From contig JAYWIR010000034.1 of the NCBI GenBank assembly GCA_036172245.1, forward strand, positions 682,001 through 746,000: a DNA stretch of 64,000 bases. Direction: 5' to 3'. A program made the position numbers and the translations under genes. The stretch is from Raillietiella orientalis. Lineage: Eukaryota. Shown here one piece after another: positions 40,701 through 54,828 of the stretch; position 1 is the stretch's first letter; each line of letters starts with the position of its first letter. A model generated the notes under the pieces. The model did not search any database and was not told where the DNA came from. It saw nothing but the letters and a program-made list of their open reading frames with translations.

Positions 40701-43700
40701 TTGTTATTTTAAAGTTTATTATTACATGATAAGGAAAATCCCTGAAAACATAAACTCTAATGTAAAAATAAATGCAACTGAAAACAGAGTGTAAAAAAAA
40801 TAATCATTTATATATTTAGTAACACAGTAATAATGAATAAGTAAATGTACATAGATCAAGGTTCGACAGATACGAAACAAAAAAAAGCAAGCAGTAAATC
40901 CTTCTTTTGAAATTACAGTAAGTTTCTTATGCAATGCTCTAATTTTTCAGCTCAATTTCAAGAGCCAAAGCAGATATTAACAATGAATGCAAAATCGATT
41001 CTTTTTAAGCTTTTGATTCTGTTAACTTGAGAAAGGAACTTGTTATCTATTGTGTACTGCACTTAGCAAATAGGTATTATTATAATATAACGTATTATAA
41101 CACGAAAACAGAAATCCGAGGGGAGAGCAGCAAGTGCATTGGATTCATTCACATAAAAATAGGTGCATTCACCATTGATGTACCAATAAAAAAGGTAAGA
41201 ATAAAGAAATGTGAAAAAAAATGTTGAAATATTTTTACACATAGAAGCTAATAGGAAACAAATTCAGACTTATCAAAAAATAATTGCAGGAAACCATGAA
41301 ATATTCACTGTAGTGTGCAGCAGTTAGAAATTTATGAAGTACAATGTCTTTTGATACCTTGCTGCACAAACACTTTGAAAACAACCATGCAACTCATTCA
41401 TTCTACACCTACGATGGATGCAATGGAACTTAGTTTACTAGTAATGATATGATTATTTGATAGTGGACTACTGCAATGCTTAATTGTTTTTTTTAAAAAA
41501 TTGACTACTTAGGCATTGAAATATTGAAGACCTTTGTTCCCATCTACATTTTCCAATATTTATATAATAGAAGATATCCAAATATATTGCATTATTGAGA
41601 GAAATCACATGCCTGCAAAGCAAAACTACGATCTCATCTTTGCTAAGTGCTTACAATTCCATTAGGCATGTGCTTTGAATTCAGCATATTCCAAACCCAC
41701 ACAATGGTAAAATAAATAAAAATTAATGTAGCTCGAAGTAATTTTCTCAATTTTTCAAGCAAGCAACTAAACGAAGAACGGGATACTTGAGAAAAAATAA
41801 TCTTTATACACTGACTTTTTGAATAAAATGTCATTGATCAAATGTGAAAAAAAATCATCATGAACGCTAAAACTTTGTTTCCTGTGACAGCTCCTTGAAA
41901 ATGTAAAAAAGGAACATTTCCATTCATTAATGATGGCAAAAATGAAAAGCAAGTTGAACTTTAGGGAGCCCAAACAATGGTGACTATTAGTAATGGCATG
42001 GGGATACCATGCAGAACAAAAATATGAAAATATCTAAACTTTAAGGTTTCAATGAAATAAGGAAAATGAAAATAAATAGATATGCAATAACACATTGGTC
42101 TGCGTACAACAGTCATACTTCTTCATTGTATATGCACTGAAACAAATACATTGTATTTTTAGGAGTTCATGAATATTGAATGTAAGCAAAAATAATTGGT
42201 AAATTTGATACAGAGTTTGATACAAAGTATGGAATTTGGGGGCATTTTTTACTTGCATGAAGCACTTTCTAGGGACGTGCACATACCTTAAGCTTAATGG
42301 ATGTAACATGAGAACTTCTTGTCTGAAAGACTTCAATTTTTGATTCACAATATCATTATACGAATTTTCAATTTTTTCAGTGAATAACACACTTGTTTCT
42401 AAAAGCAAAAGGCATATTTTATGTTTATTACAGTATGATTCTACACTAATTCTTTAGCAACTGACATAGTCAAACCACTAAGTTTCAGTGAAATCTGTTC
42501 TCACCTTCACACCTTCCATTCATTACGTGAGGGTACTTATAATGCTAAATACATGAACATGGATTTGCAAATTCATGTTCATACATTTATTATTTGTTTA
42601 AACAAGAGAATTTATTTTCAATGAATCACATTTTTCACCTGATTCATGTTTCACAATGCCAAATGGCTGAATTGAAAGCTGGGAACTAAACATAAGCAAT
42701 ACATGAGAACACAAATATTTTGATACCTATTCACTATGAGGACTTGAATCACTTATACCGCAGTTTACAGTAGACACAGGAATATATGCATTTATAATGC
42801 AGCATTCATATACACATACACACAATATGGATGCAAATATTTTTATGTATGCGGTGGGCATGCATATATGTGTATATATATGTATGTGAATATTTGAGGG
42901 CTACATATTAAATATCTAAGTGCACTGTAGTTAACATAAACTAGGCTGAGTGTTCCACAAGCATTTGAACTGAATAGATTATAGCTTCTACTTGCCTATT
43001 TATCACAAACATGCAACAATACAGTAGTACTTTTGTGCATGTATGCACTGCATATATGAATATATTATATTATATTATACAAGTTAATTTATATAATGCC
43101 AATTGTGTAGAATACTTCATATTAAGTCCTACATGGATACATTTAAAGTCATGTAAGATACCACATATATATATGCCTTAATGTGCACACATCCAAGCAG
43201 GGGCACAAATAGGATTGCAGTTATTTTTCTAATCATTTTTATCCATACGCACGGAATAGAAGAAAAAACAATTGGCTAGCATGAGCCAACAAGAGATGAA
43301 AGGCTGAAACAATGAACTTTGAATTTAAATGAATTTTAAAATGAACGGCAATGACTAAAGAAAAAATATTAATTTAAACTTTATGAAGATAAGAACCAAA
43401 AATTACATGTGAGAATAAAAAATGCTGGCTCTTACAAATGCAAAGTGCATTTTATTTACAAACTTCCATATATTTATGTGAACAAGCATCTTTAAGGTGC
43501 TTCTCTAATCATTAATCCTATCCATTTTAATTTTATTCATGGATTAAGTTTGGAAAAATATGCCATATTTGAATGTTCACGTAAATATGATTAGAAACAA
43601 AAGGTTTTATAACCATGCATTTTATAGTTTTTGATTTCTGGTACACACTTTGAAATCAAAGAATTGAAAAAACTGAATTTTCAAACTTGAGTCATGAAAA

Positions 43701-46700
43701 TTCATGATGCTACCTCCTTTGAAACTTTCACAAATGCATGAATACTTCTGGTTCTTCCTGACCTTGTACTGCACTGTATTTGAATAATCACAGCATGAAA
43801 ATGCAGTTATGTTGGTTTTCATTCAGATAGAAGTGTAAATTATTTGTATTTGTATTTGATTACATTTGAAATCAATTTAATATAAACAGTGTTGCCATTA
43901 ATCAATAATTACATCCATGTTCTTCATAAGATTTAAAAAAACTCAACTTATTGGGTAAAAATTATAGCAATTAACAAAAAATAAAGAAAAATCGTTGCTA
44001 TATTTTGAGAAGAGATATGCAAATACAATATATCTAATAACACTTAGCTGCTTCTTAATTACGCACTTTTTTTAAATAAAGAATTCGCTTTAATATGAAC
44101 TGTTTATTTACATCTAAATGGATGGATGCATAAATGCATTATGGATGAATGATTGACTTATTCCCTTCATCATCCACTAATAAGTTTCCTTTAATTATCC
44201 ATGAATTTACTTTTGGTTCTGATATGTGACCAACCAAATATGTTGTGTTTTTCCTATTTCAACATAGCACAGCTGTTTCGAAAAGTAACCATTAGTCACT
44301 AAACCATTAGTCTAAAAAATATCAGTGTTCTTCACAGTCTATTAGGAGCTAAAATATTCATGGATTAATTTTGGATGCACAACTATGCCATAATCAGATA
44401 ATCACATTCCATGTTGCATATACAAAATAGGTTGCAACTTGTTTCATTCTTCCTGGATAAATGTTTCAATGTGTATGGAAAAAATTTGATAAAAAAAAAT
44501 ATGCTTGTAATCTCTATTTGCAAAACTTTTCCAGTTATCTTGAATTTTGAAGTCCTTTTTGGTTAGTTTTTACAAACTTTGTGTTTATAAACATTGGTTT
44601 TACTTCAACTTTTTTTTCCATTATTATTGTCTTACTCCAATGATGCTTGCAAAACTTTTAGAACCATTACATACTGTGATACCAAGATAACAGACAAAAC
44701 TTGTTGGATGTAATAATAATACACTTTGTAGAAGCTTTAATTGCTAACCATACAATTTAGAAGAACAAAGTATCAAACTGATGAAAGCTGGTCACAACCA
44801 TTCTACAAATTTAAGGTGTGATGAAGGATTCTATGAGAAGGATAGAAATTATGTATGTAAAACATGTTTAATTATACTGCATTTATTAATGTGATACCAA
44901 GTCTATAAGTGTACATAGTATGTTGCCATATTACTCTGATTACGAACCTGTTTCAGAAAGTGGTCCATTTTTTCAAAAGCAGCACCATTCACATTTGAAA
45001 AATATTGAAATACTATTTTTATTGATTATATATTAATGTTAGTTCAGTGGATGCATGCTTCTATTTTTCTAATAAGAGATACTTTATTGATACTTTATTT
45101 TAATTTCATTTTACTGATCACCAAACTGTTTGAATTTATTATTTTTCTAAATTATACCTTTAAAACTTTTTATTTATGGTTTTGGGTATACATGGACTCA
45201 TAACTCATGATCCAAAAGCACTATATTAACTACTACATTTTAAAAGAAATGGATGCTTTAAAACAAATAGATACTTTACCAAGCAAAAATTCAAGATAAG
45301 CAGCATGAAACATTCCTTCCAAAACCAAAAGAATGCATCTGTATGCTTTGGCAGCAGCAAAGTGTTCTTCTAAATCTAGCACTTTGTTTCTCATTATATA
45401 ATTGATCATTTCACTAAGCTGGACACCATTAGGCTTTAAAATGTCTACTAATGATAGCACAACTGAATTCAGTCTCAATGATTTTTCAATGATTTCATCA
45501 AACGTGCAAGTGAGGGAGAATGTATGCATACTCCAATCCACAGTGCAAATCAATTTCTCCGTTAATTCAATAACACTTCTTAGTGATGGAGATATAATTT
45601 GATTTCTGAGCTGTAAAGTAACATGTTAAATCTAGTGTTCAAATAAGGCAGAGAACAACATACAAGCAATCAAAAAAGTAGACGAACGTATAGTACAAAT
45701 GTGATGTCAATATGAAGTTTAAATATAAGATCAACAAAAAAGATTTAATTATAAAGATATCCTTATACAAAATTACTGCTAAACTTGGTTTCGAAAATTA
45801 ATAAATAACTTTTTTCTGTGAATACAATTATTCTTAAAGTAATTAATATTACATTGAGTAATCTTAAATTATTTGGATACCCGATGGTTTGATACTTAAA
45901 TTTAAAATCAAACTTAGAAAAGTCCTGAGTCTCTTGAACTCAGATAACATCGGGTCAACACAAGGAAAATCGAAACCTTAAATATGAAACAAGCAGTTCA
46001 AAGATGCAATGTATTAACATAGATATATTACTGAAAAAGTCAAACACAAAATCATAGTTATTAACTAAACCACATTGTGGAAAAAAAGTAATTTGCACAA
46101 ATTTTCTTATACTGATTGTTGCAGCTGCAGTCATCATTATAAAGTGCCAATGCAAACTGTAATAAAATGTTGCATCTATAATAATAGTAGTCCATATTTT
46201 AATATTTTTTTCCCCATGTCACTTTTGCAGCAAATCAACTCTCAAACTTGATTTCTAAGATTATTTTGCTTCTGACATTATGCATTTTGATTATGAGGTA
46301 TTAGATCAAGCTTAATTTTCTTCTTACTTGTATGTACATAAAAGTACTATGGATTTCCACATTAGAAAATTAATTATTTTACTGATATGCTGAATTCATT
46401 ACAATTTATAATTTGTTGACAAATACTAAAACGTGATCTTAAATTTGTGAAAATACTGCCCTTGCTAATGGTTTTAAAGAATTTCAGATCTTTCACTTTA
46501 AGTTCCGCATCCCTTTTCTGTCTCTTGAAATGTAAAATTTACAGTTGAAACATTTTATGATCTTATTAAACATCATACAACAGAAATGCAAATACTGCAT
46601 CAGTTCCAGAAATGGATTTTACATCTTATAAGATGTACTGTGCTAAATGCATTTGAATTGTACTTTTAATCAAAGCATTTCTCCTTGCAATGAGCCTTCA

Positions 46701-47885
46701 CTGCCTTTGTTTTCATATATGAAATTCTTCAGAGATAATTCTGATTAAAAGTCTCAATGCTCTTGATTTAAAGTCTGTCATCCTTTGCTCTAACATATGT
46801 TTGGAAGCCATTCTGCTTTCTGAAACTTCGTGAATAGGAATCAAAATATTGGACTACCTCTTTTGCTGAGATCATTATCAATTATGATGCTAATGAAACT
46901 GAAATTGAAGTTTGAAATCATTTTCTGGCTTCAAGTTCTACAGGCTTTGATGAATATTCCTTATCCTCGAGGAATTGGTTTCATTCTTTCAATGCTCTCA
47001 ATATGACTTCTCAAACCCATGAATATAATTTATGATTGTAATTGTAAATTGTAAATGACACACTAAGATTTATTTATAAAAATTTTAGTTTCAGGAACTT
47101 AAGCATTTTTTATCTTTTGTGTTTTACATGTAATGACTGCAATTTTTTGCAGAGTTAAAAAAAACTGAAATTAGTGCTGGGGACTTCTCATTGAAAAATG
47201 CAAAGATTAACATAAAACAGAAGCACCTAACAATGCTGCAAATTAATTTCTTGCAAAGAAATTTACAATGTACGGTGATAATAAGTTGCTACACAGTCAT
47301 TAGTTTGTTATGCAGACATTTTAGAACTTAATGGAAGTACTCTTAATTGAACACTGCTTCATATGAATAATAAAACAAGTATAATTTACTCATAAAATGT
47401 ATTTAATCAAAATATTCATGTACAAAATGTATGAGGTGCTAATTTACATATTTATCTTACCTTATCCAAATAATCATCAAGTTGAGGTAAGGTATCTTTC
47501 TTAATATTTGATCGATACCATAATTCCAAAAGAAGAATTACACATATGGAATACCATTCAAGATTGCTTAATAAATCAAATGTTCGTTCTGGAGAGACCT
47601 GGCACATTTCCTGGCATTTAAAGAGATCATTTTGATTGGCATGATGATAAATAATCATATACAATTAACTGCTTTATATTAATTACCTGAAGGATGTCCC
47701 AGAAGTGAACTTCATTATCCAAACTATGGCAAAATATTTCATCCAGGACTGCATTTACATTTGTGATGTTGCACCTTGCATCCCATGCATTCCAAATCGA
47801 ATAAAAATGATCTACATTTGCCATTAGAACTAAAAAAACATGACATTCTAAGCATGCATAGAATTTCACAATATTATACCAATCT
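22781..47885 (-). CDS. ZFYVE26: Spastizin / zinc finger FYVE domain-containing protein 26 (SPG15) orthologue; 5' end unresolved, probably further exons up to ~48.6 kb
   Basis: Phase-consistent exons: ~47885-47687, 47610-47461, 45610-45280, 42398-42287, 40354-39956, 39903-39779, 38184-38030, 36881-36741, 36423-35817, 35186-34819, 34448-33900, 33850-33616, 32869-32160, 32106-32008, 31962-31837, 30002-29484, 29433-29320, 25080-24941, 24890-23846, 23791-23609, 23568-23309, 23260-23068, 23023-22781 (~7.0 kb coding). Spliced FYVE domain WVPDFK-AKLCMVCR..RRHHCRRCGRVVCNHCS..-VRVCDPCF; spastizin motifs PLLLLEQLLMN, VRQEFSYDYTPSISLC, CFYLKTYGSH-like, DLVRAAMTCI and CGKLKSAYLLA. Confidence 0.93.
25157..25900 (-). 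mobile_element. Highly decayed LINE reverse-transcriptase fossil in a ZFYVE26 intron
   Basis: Collinear degenerate RT motifs: RNYKALFL (NYRPISL-like, ~25835), AVDLCNAS (LDLxKAFD-like, ~25670), AMNDTAML (FADD-like, ~25395) and QVSYKYLH (KYLG-like, ~25260). Confidence 0.45.
28277..28308. repeat. (AAAAG)n microsatellite
   Basis: aaagaaaagaaaagaaaagaaaagaaaagaaa read directly. Confidence 0.95.
42553..42582. repeat. 30-bp near-perfect palindrome
   Basis: ATGAACATGGATTTG-CAAATTCATGTTCAT; one G.T mismatch, no spacer. Confidence 0.85.
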
Positions 47886-50800
47886 AGTGTTACTGTAATT
47901 TGTATAACATACTGATATAGAATTTTGAATTGTCATGCCCATGGATGTTTAATGCATGTGATTGATTAGGAAGATCCTCAAGATCTGCTCTTATAGTTCC
48001 ATAAATTGGGAATAATGCATTAGCTTTAATTGAATTATCAAAAAATGTGCCACTATGGCTATTTATACAAATACTACTGGCTACCTATATATATGAAAAA
48101 GAATTTCGCGGAAATTCAACTCGTAAGTGCATACAGGATAAGAGTAATAAATAATGTGTAATTAAAGAAGAAAATGCATAATCAGGAACGTACATCTATC
48201 TCAAGTATTGAGTACATACAAAGAAAAACTTCGTCTTACCAATGTAACCAATTGTTTACAGTGTACAGTGCACATCCGGCTTGTAACTTGAAACAAATGC
48301 ACTCCAAACCGATATCAAGTTGAAGATCTAGTATTTCAAAATGAGAATGGAAACGTAATTATGGCTAGAATTCTCGTTTGATAAAACTAATAGTAGCATA
48401 CGGAATTTTGGAAGGACTCTACTTGAAAGGGTAAATGAATTGTAGAAAATAATCCCCTTACGGAGGGAACTCAGATCGAGTTCTAAACGTTCATATGTAT
48501 GCAAAACTACCTCAACTACTTGCTAACTTACAAGTATTCTTTCCGTTTCTCTTGTAATGTTTCTGAACACCTTTTTAGAACACAAAATGAAGTCAGAAAT
48601 GTAACTGGTCATGGCAGGTATTAGACAACAATTTACACGACTCTGAACAAGATTTTCATTGTTTTATCAAATCAATGGCAAGTATAGCAACATTGAGCTG
48701 CTTTTAACATTTGTGAAGTTGTCATTTCTGAGACATATCAGTTTTTTTTGGTAACCCATGTGATATCAGATGAGTTAGTTGAGTATTGTAAACGCTCTTC
48801 ACGGTGTGCTTTCTGAATCTTCGAAACGTATCATACTCCTCATTTGTAGAATCTGTTGTTTGCACACAGCAATGTTTGCCAATTAGAAAATGCTTATTCA
48901 CAGAATGACATATAAGTATAGGAAAGTTTTCATTAATAGTTTTCTGAGCATTTGTGAAATTAGTTTTTTCCTTGTTCTGTGATATTATTTGAGGGCATTT
49001 CTTATTCTAGAGATATCGATATTAGTCACATTTCTAAATATATTACGGAACAACATCAGTTTGTCTGCATGTAGTCACGATGACGGCATATTAATCTTGT
49101 ATCTAGAAGAAAATATATTGAGCACATTTAAAGGAAAAATTTAGCATTTTGCATCTAAAAATAAGAGTTTGTTAGGGATTGTTTAAAAAAACTCGTAGTC
49201 ATAGTTTTCCAATAGACGCAAAAGTGTATTTTGAATGAAAAAAGAAAATTGGAAATTAAAATGAGATGATTAATGACGTTTTTATGTTGCTGTCATAAGG
49301 ATAATTAAGGCATTTGAAGTTTTACAAATGGAAGGAGTTCATGATTAAGCACATGTATTCCCTCAGCCTTTTTTTTGGCTACTTTGAGGTACCTACATTT
49401 ACAATAAAAGGAAAATGGATTCATTTTCCTTGGAAATTTAAGCGTCTCTAAGGCTAGCTGAATGAAGGTTTCGAAAGTCACAGTCCATTTCTAGAAATTT
49501 TGAACCTCGTTCGGTAAAATTTCTTATGATTCTATATGAAAATGACCTAAAGAATGCGCATCCTTTTTTTGTATTTATATTAACTATTTGTTTTTCAATC
49601 CTTTTTTTATGTACATATATTTGAATATCGACTTTCTCTGTTTCTTGATCTTATTTCGTTTCTGGAGTTTGATAGTGTCTTTCAAAGTTTTGCATGTGCT
49701 ACTTCTGTGTACGCACAATTGGAAACTTGCGTATAAAGGAATTTTATAATACTTAAAACTTATTCGTTTCAAAGCAGAAACGAAGTGCATTAATGGGTAA
49801 TAGTTTTCTTCTTAACAAAGGAAGGGGAATTAATAAGGGGTAATTTGTCTATGGGAGAAGCAGTGTATCTCTAAGACAAATGAATCTCAAAACTGATGAT
49901 GTAATGGGCAAGATGATAGAAGTGAATTGAGAAAACTGGAAGACGAGATTTTTAATTAATCAGGAGAGCTGTTCGTGTATGCAGAAAGACATGTATTTTT
50001 ATGAATGAAGGGCTTTTTACCAATTCGTGTCAGCAATCAACAGTAGTTGCCATAATTTCTGTAGCAGGAAGGAATTTTCTGTAGCATTTGTATTAGCACT
50101 GCACTTCACACCCAGTAAAATGGGCAGCTATGAAGTTTATGCTTTGTATCTCATGTACTGTTTTTTTGTTTCTCGTTTTTCGGCACAGAGATTGATCAAG
50201 AATGAGATAAAATGAAAATTTTTGTTGCCACATGTTACTATGTTCCTAATTTTGTGTTTTTTTAAGTTTTCTGAGACCAACCATTAAATAATCCTTACAT
50301 TTCTTTGGAAAGCATTGAGAAGGAAATCACCTTATTGCCACCAAAATTCTGTATGTGGCTAAGAAGGGTGGTTTGCATAAATGACTCATGATTATAAGAT
50401 TGTTGACAATTCAATGTCATTTATAAGATTTATTATACCTAATCATTGAGTTTCAAGTTATAACAGCAGTGATTTTAGAAGTTGCATTGGTATTTAACCG
50501 AAGAAGTATGATCCTATTTAGATTCGTTCACTTAGGACTAGTTCATGATTGGCTATGCTATTGACTTTCTAGCTTTTTTGCCTGTGACATTTTTGGAAAT
50601 GGTAAACTATCCTATCCAACAACATAACATGTATTTTACATTTAATGAAGGTGCATGGGGAAAAAATGTATTGACTAAACAGACAAAGCAACAAATCTTT
50701 CATGAATTCGAACTTTAAAATTTTCGAAGGTACAAGCACTCGAATGCTGCTTTCTGTGTTTGATTCTTGCATAACACATGTATATTCTTTTGCAAGCAAA

Positions 50801-51062
50801 CATGATCTCTGCCATTCTTATAAGTCATGTTTTTTGTAATCCCATATAGTCTTGAAAAATATATTTTTTCTATGCTAAGAATACTTCATGCGGGTCTATC
50901 TTGAAAATCGCTTTTGGATCTCTCCAAATGTATTTTGGTACTTTGTTATCCTTTATTAGGCATCTTGTAGTAATTTAAGAACTAGAAGCTAAGTAGTAAT
51001 TGAACCACCTAAGTATCGTATACAAATGCAGATGGAAACTGCGTGGAAACTGCAGCATTTTA

Positions 51063-52220
51063 TTAGTCCAGTTCCAGATCGTAATCCATGGTTAACAACG
51101 GATTTGTTTTACTTCGACAGATTGGACAACTGGAATTATGCTTCAGCCATCGTTTGATGCACTTGGAGTGATATTTGTGGCGACATTGCAGGCTACAAAC
51201 CACTTCATTCCTCTCAAATGCATCCATGCAAATCGCACATTCAGGATCACTTTGTATGTCAATCTCGTCAATAACACTAGTAGGTAAAGCGTCAAGCTGT
51301 TCTTTCGTCAAATTATGTGGTCCAAGGAGATTTACAAGAATTCTTTCACGAAGTATAAACAAGTTATGAAGAATGTTAGCAGCATCTGAAGAACTGTCCA
51401 TTGTATATAATCTTCTTCCATTCATTATGTAGTTCCCCGTGTAGTTCGTGAAAGGTATCAAAAACGAATTCATCATTGTTTGCAGGAAATTTCGTGACTG
51501 ATCAGTGTTTAGTAGTTGTCGGAAAGCACGGACCAAAGAAATCAGCAGAAAATTCGTTGGAGAAATTTCTAGTGATGTGATTTCTACAGATGTCGTTCCA
51601 AGGGCCATATCACTCATTCTAGTAACAATAGTTTCAGAAAAGTCATTTACAGAATTGGAAAGCTGTGCAAAAGCAATATGGTTGGCAGGGGCATTCATAG
51701 TTCTCCACAAACCAGGTGTTTGACTTGAGATACCTCTTTCTGAATACAGAAAGATATTGTTGAAAAGGTCTTCAAGAGCGCTTCGAAGCACTTCCCGGTT
51801 CATTTCTCCACTGACAGAAGTGTATCCTGTTAGCATTCGATAAGTTGCTGAATCTTCGGAAGTTTCAGGTACTGAATTTTCAGCCGGAAATATGAGTCTT
51901 GAGAAGAACTTTATGGGACAAGCCAGAAATCTCTTTGTTTTGCGCACTAAGGAATCCATTGATTTCTTCTTGTTTCGGGCTGCTGAAGAGACAATTGGCG
52001 TAGTTCTTTCTCTATCTTGAACTGTTTTGGCTTTAATTTTTTTTTTTGGTCTTTCTTGAACTGCTGGATGTAGAGTCCTTAGATTAAAATTTCTGATTTC
52101 TTTTTTGTGAATCTCGCATGTCTGGTTTGAAGGAATTTGTAGATTTCCAGAGCAAGTTGGAGCAGAACATTGATTTAGTTTTGCAAGTTTCAGAGGATTT
52201 CTGCATTTGTGGGGAGTCAT
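51063..52220 (-). CDS. Intronless RING-H2 E3 ubiquitin ligase (RNF115/RNF126-like C-terminus, divergent N-terminus)
   Basis: Single open frame with first ATG at 52220 (385 aa). C-terminus LTKEQLDALP..ECAICMDAFERNEVVCSLQCRHKYHSKCIKRWLKHNSSCPICR is a complete C3H2C3 RING. Confidence 0.88.
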   Translation of the reverse strand: MTPHKCRNPLKLAKLNQCSAPTCSGNLQIPSNQTCEIHKKEIRNFNLRTLHPAVQERPKKKIKAKTVQDRERTTPIVSSAARNKKKSMDSLVRKTKRFLACPIKFFSRLIFPAENSVPETSEDSATYRMLTGYTSVSGEMNREVLRSALEDLFNNIFLYSERGISSQTPGLWRTMNAPANHIAFAQLSNSVNDFSETIVTRMSDMALGTTSVEITSLEISPTNFLLISLVRAFRQLLNTDQSRNFLQTMMNSFLIPFTNYTGNYIMNGRRLYTMDSSSDAANILHNLFILRERILVNLLGPHNLTKEQLDALPTSVIDEIDIQSDPECAICMDAFERNEVVCSLQCRHKYHSKCIKRWLKHNSSCPICRSKTNPLLTMDYDLELD

Positions 52221-53636
52221 CAACAAGTTGACCAAGAAAGGAGAAGTCAAGAAGGATTTGAAGATGAGAATCAGAAGAAAAAAGAGTTTCACGAAAGCAG
52301 TGAAAGATATCAATCTCAGCTCCTTGAGTTGTCAGGGATACCTAGTTTTGTCGAGCTTGAAGTTTTTTTCTTTCTGAATTCCAAACTTGTATAAGTAGTT
52401 TCGTGAAGTTTTTGGATGTTATTTGGAAAAACAGTTCTACAAAGCTGGGAATGGAATACATCGATGGAATATATCGATTATTCTCAGATGTTATTAAACA
52501 TAGAAAATGCACTAATGAAAGCTTATATCGATTCGAATTCTTCATAACGGCATATATCGAATATGAAATGCGATGGCATTTATTCTTGAAATTTTTGTTA
52601 GTGTTTCCTCAAATGAGCTCACATAGTTTATATTTCATTTTATTGTATCGAGAAAATTTCAACAGTTTCCTTTTAAAATCAAAGTGTCATCAAAAGTGAT
52701 CATATTCGTTTTATTCGTTGTTATTGAATTATTATATGATTATATTGAATTTCTCAATATATAATTAAGTATTAATATATCTGCTTATGCAATGTAAATT
52801 TCACGTGAGGATAGACCCTATTCCATGAATATCAAAATAGAAATTGCCTAGGATTTTACTGAGAGCTCACATAAAATTTTATAGGCTGCCAACTGTACTC
52901 TTCTGTCATCTTCCAATTTTGCTGCAGGTGACCACTGGAATTTCCAGTCTTCCTAATATGAAGTGTTTAAAATTATTTTAGCTAACAGAAATATCTTAAG
53001 TACTGACTGGTTACATTTGTAATTTCTGTTACTTCATAACTTGCATGAAGCTAATATGATTTCTTTTTTATCATAACATACTATTTCATAAAACTGTTGC
53101 ATCATCATATGATTAACGTACAGTTATATCTTTTTGAGTTTGCGATGAAGCAGCACTATGATGTAATAAGATCTGTACTAGCAAAATACATGATTTTTGT
53201 TTCCATGGGTATAAACAGAACAATAAGGAGTTGCTGCACCGATGCCTAAGGATGTCATAAATAAAGATGTAACTGAGATTATATCAAGTGACTTGTCATC
53301 ATTACGTGAACTGCAGAATCGAATTGGGAAATTCTCAGAATGATGCTCGTAAAGCAAATTCAACAATAGTGAAAGATCTCCAATAATAATCACTACAGAA
53401 GTTTTCAAACACAGTAAGGAATATATATCTTTTTATTTATTCTTTTTCCAAGCTTATGAATCTACGTAAAGTATTTCTGCAACAACCTGTTGGCAATGAA
53501 AACTCAAATTTTCTTTAAAATGTGGCTAGCTGAATTTTGAGAAAGCGTCCATTGAAGATAACTCAGAACCGTGCATTTATGATTTTTCTCTTGGTTATCC
53601 GGTTTTATGCACATGGTTTCTTTTTTTCCTCTAAAG

Positions 53637-53692
53637 ATTGCATTAGAAATTGCATTTAGAAAATGCATTAGAAAATCTAATTAGAAATTTGC
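53637..53692. repeat. ~12-bp imperfect tandem repeat (TGCATTAGAAAW, about 4 copies)
   Basis: attgcattagaaattgcatttagaaaatgcattagaaaatctaattagaaatttgc read directly. Confidence 0.8.
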
Positions 53693-54828
53693 AAAAAATA
53701 ACGGTGACTATTGTTTCTCAAATCCCTGAGTAGTTGCCCTCAGAAACTAGAAATATTCCAGGTCCATTTAAGAAAAGCACTCTTTCTGTGGAAATGTAAA
53801 AATAAGAATGGGTCTATTCTGTAGTCATTATGAATTTCTTGAATCAAAAAGAAACAGTAAGAAATTCAGAAATTTTCACAGATACTTATATTTAGCTATA
53901 TTACGCAATCTTTTAAAACTTTTCCGAGATGCTTGCGATGACTTCGTTTTTGTAAACGAAAAACAAGCAAAATAACATCAGAACAACGGGTGCTGTCTCA
54001 CGAAAGCTAAGCTATCGAAAATATTGCAAATTGCAGTATTACAGTTTCTAAGTATTTTAAAACATAACAGAATTACTACTTTATGTAAGTTCGGAAACTG
54101 AGACGAGCAGAAATTTCTTAAGGAAGATGATGCATTTTAATTATCAACAAACACGTCAAACCTGCTCTTTTTTACTTTCATTGGTCAACAAACAGTAAAC
54201 CATTATGCAGAAATATGCACAGATACATTTTTTTTAGAAGGCAATCTGATGGAGTTTTGTTGCTTCGGCGTTTCATAAAGTTTTTAATTCCTGTTTCTTG
54301 TGCAAAAATTCCAATTTTCAATTTGTTGAGGATACCCAGTTTTGAACACTGTAAACAATGAGATCATTTGAACTTTTTTCTACTGATACTCTAATTTTCA
54401 AGTTCATGAGTGACTGCTTGACTTATCACTGTGCCTAAGAACCGTAATAGAATGAACTGTTTTTTTCTTGACCGTTCTTTGTAAATTGAAAAGATGTTAG
54501 GTTCTAAGGATTTCGTTAGTTACAGCGTTGAACTTCATCAAAAGTAGCCCATCCTATAACAGAATGCGCTTCACTCTGAAGTGCCGTATTTCATTCGGAG
54601 TAGCGTATGATCCTCTATTTCAGTGTCCTCCTTCCTGGGAGATTACACATGTAAAACATGTAAACATATGAGTGTGCTTCTTACATTTACGGCGTTCCTC
54701 AATGAGGGAAAATTTCTTTAGGTAAACAACGTAAACCTCGCCTTCTTTCCACGTCACAATCATTCTAGTCGAATCAAGCTAAAGATAACTAAAGATGAGG
54801 ATGAACACCAACATCAGACATCACCCCT

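Noticed and set aside
47886..48612. Candidate 5' exons of ZFYVE26 (several GT/AG pairs, ATG near 48612)
   Set aside because: Probably real in part, but I could not build a single phase-consistent model, so they are left out of the CDS coordinates.
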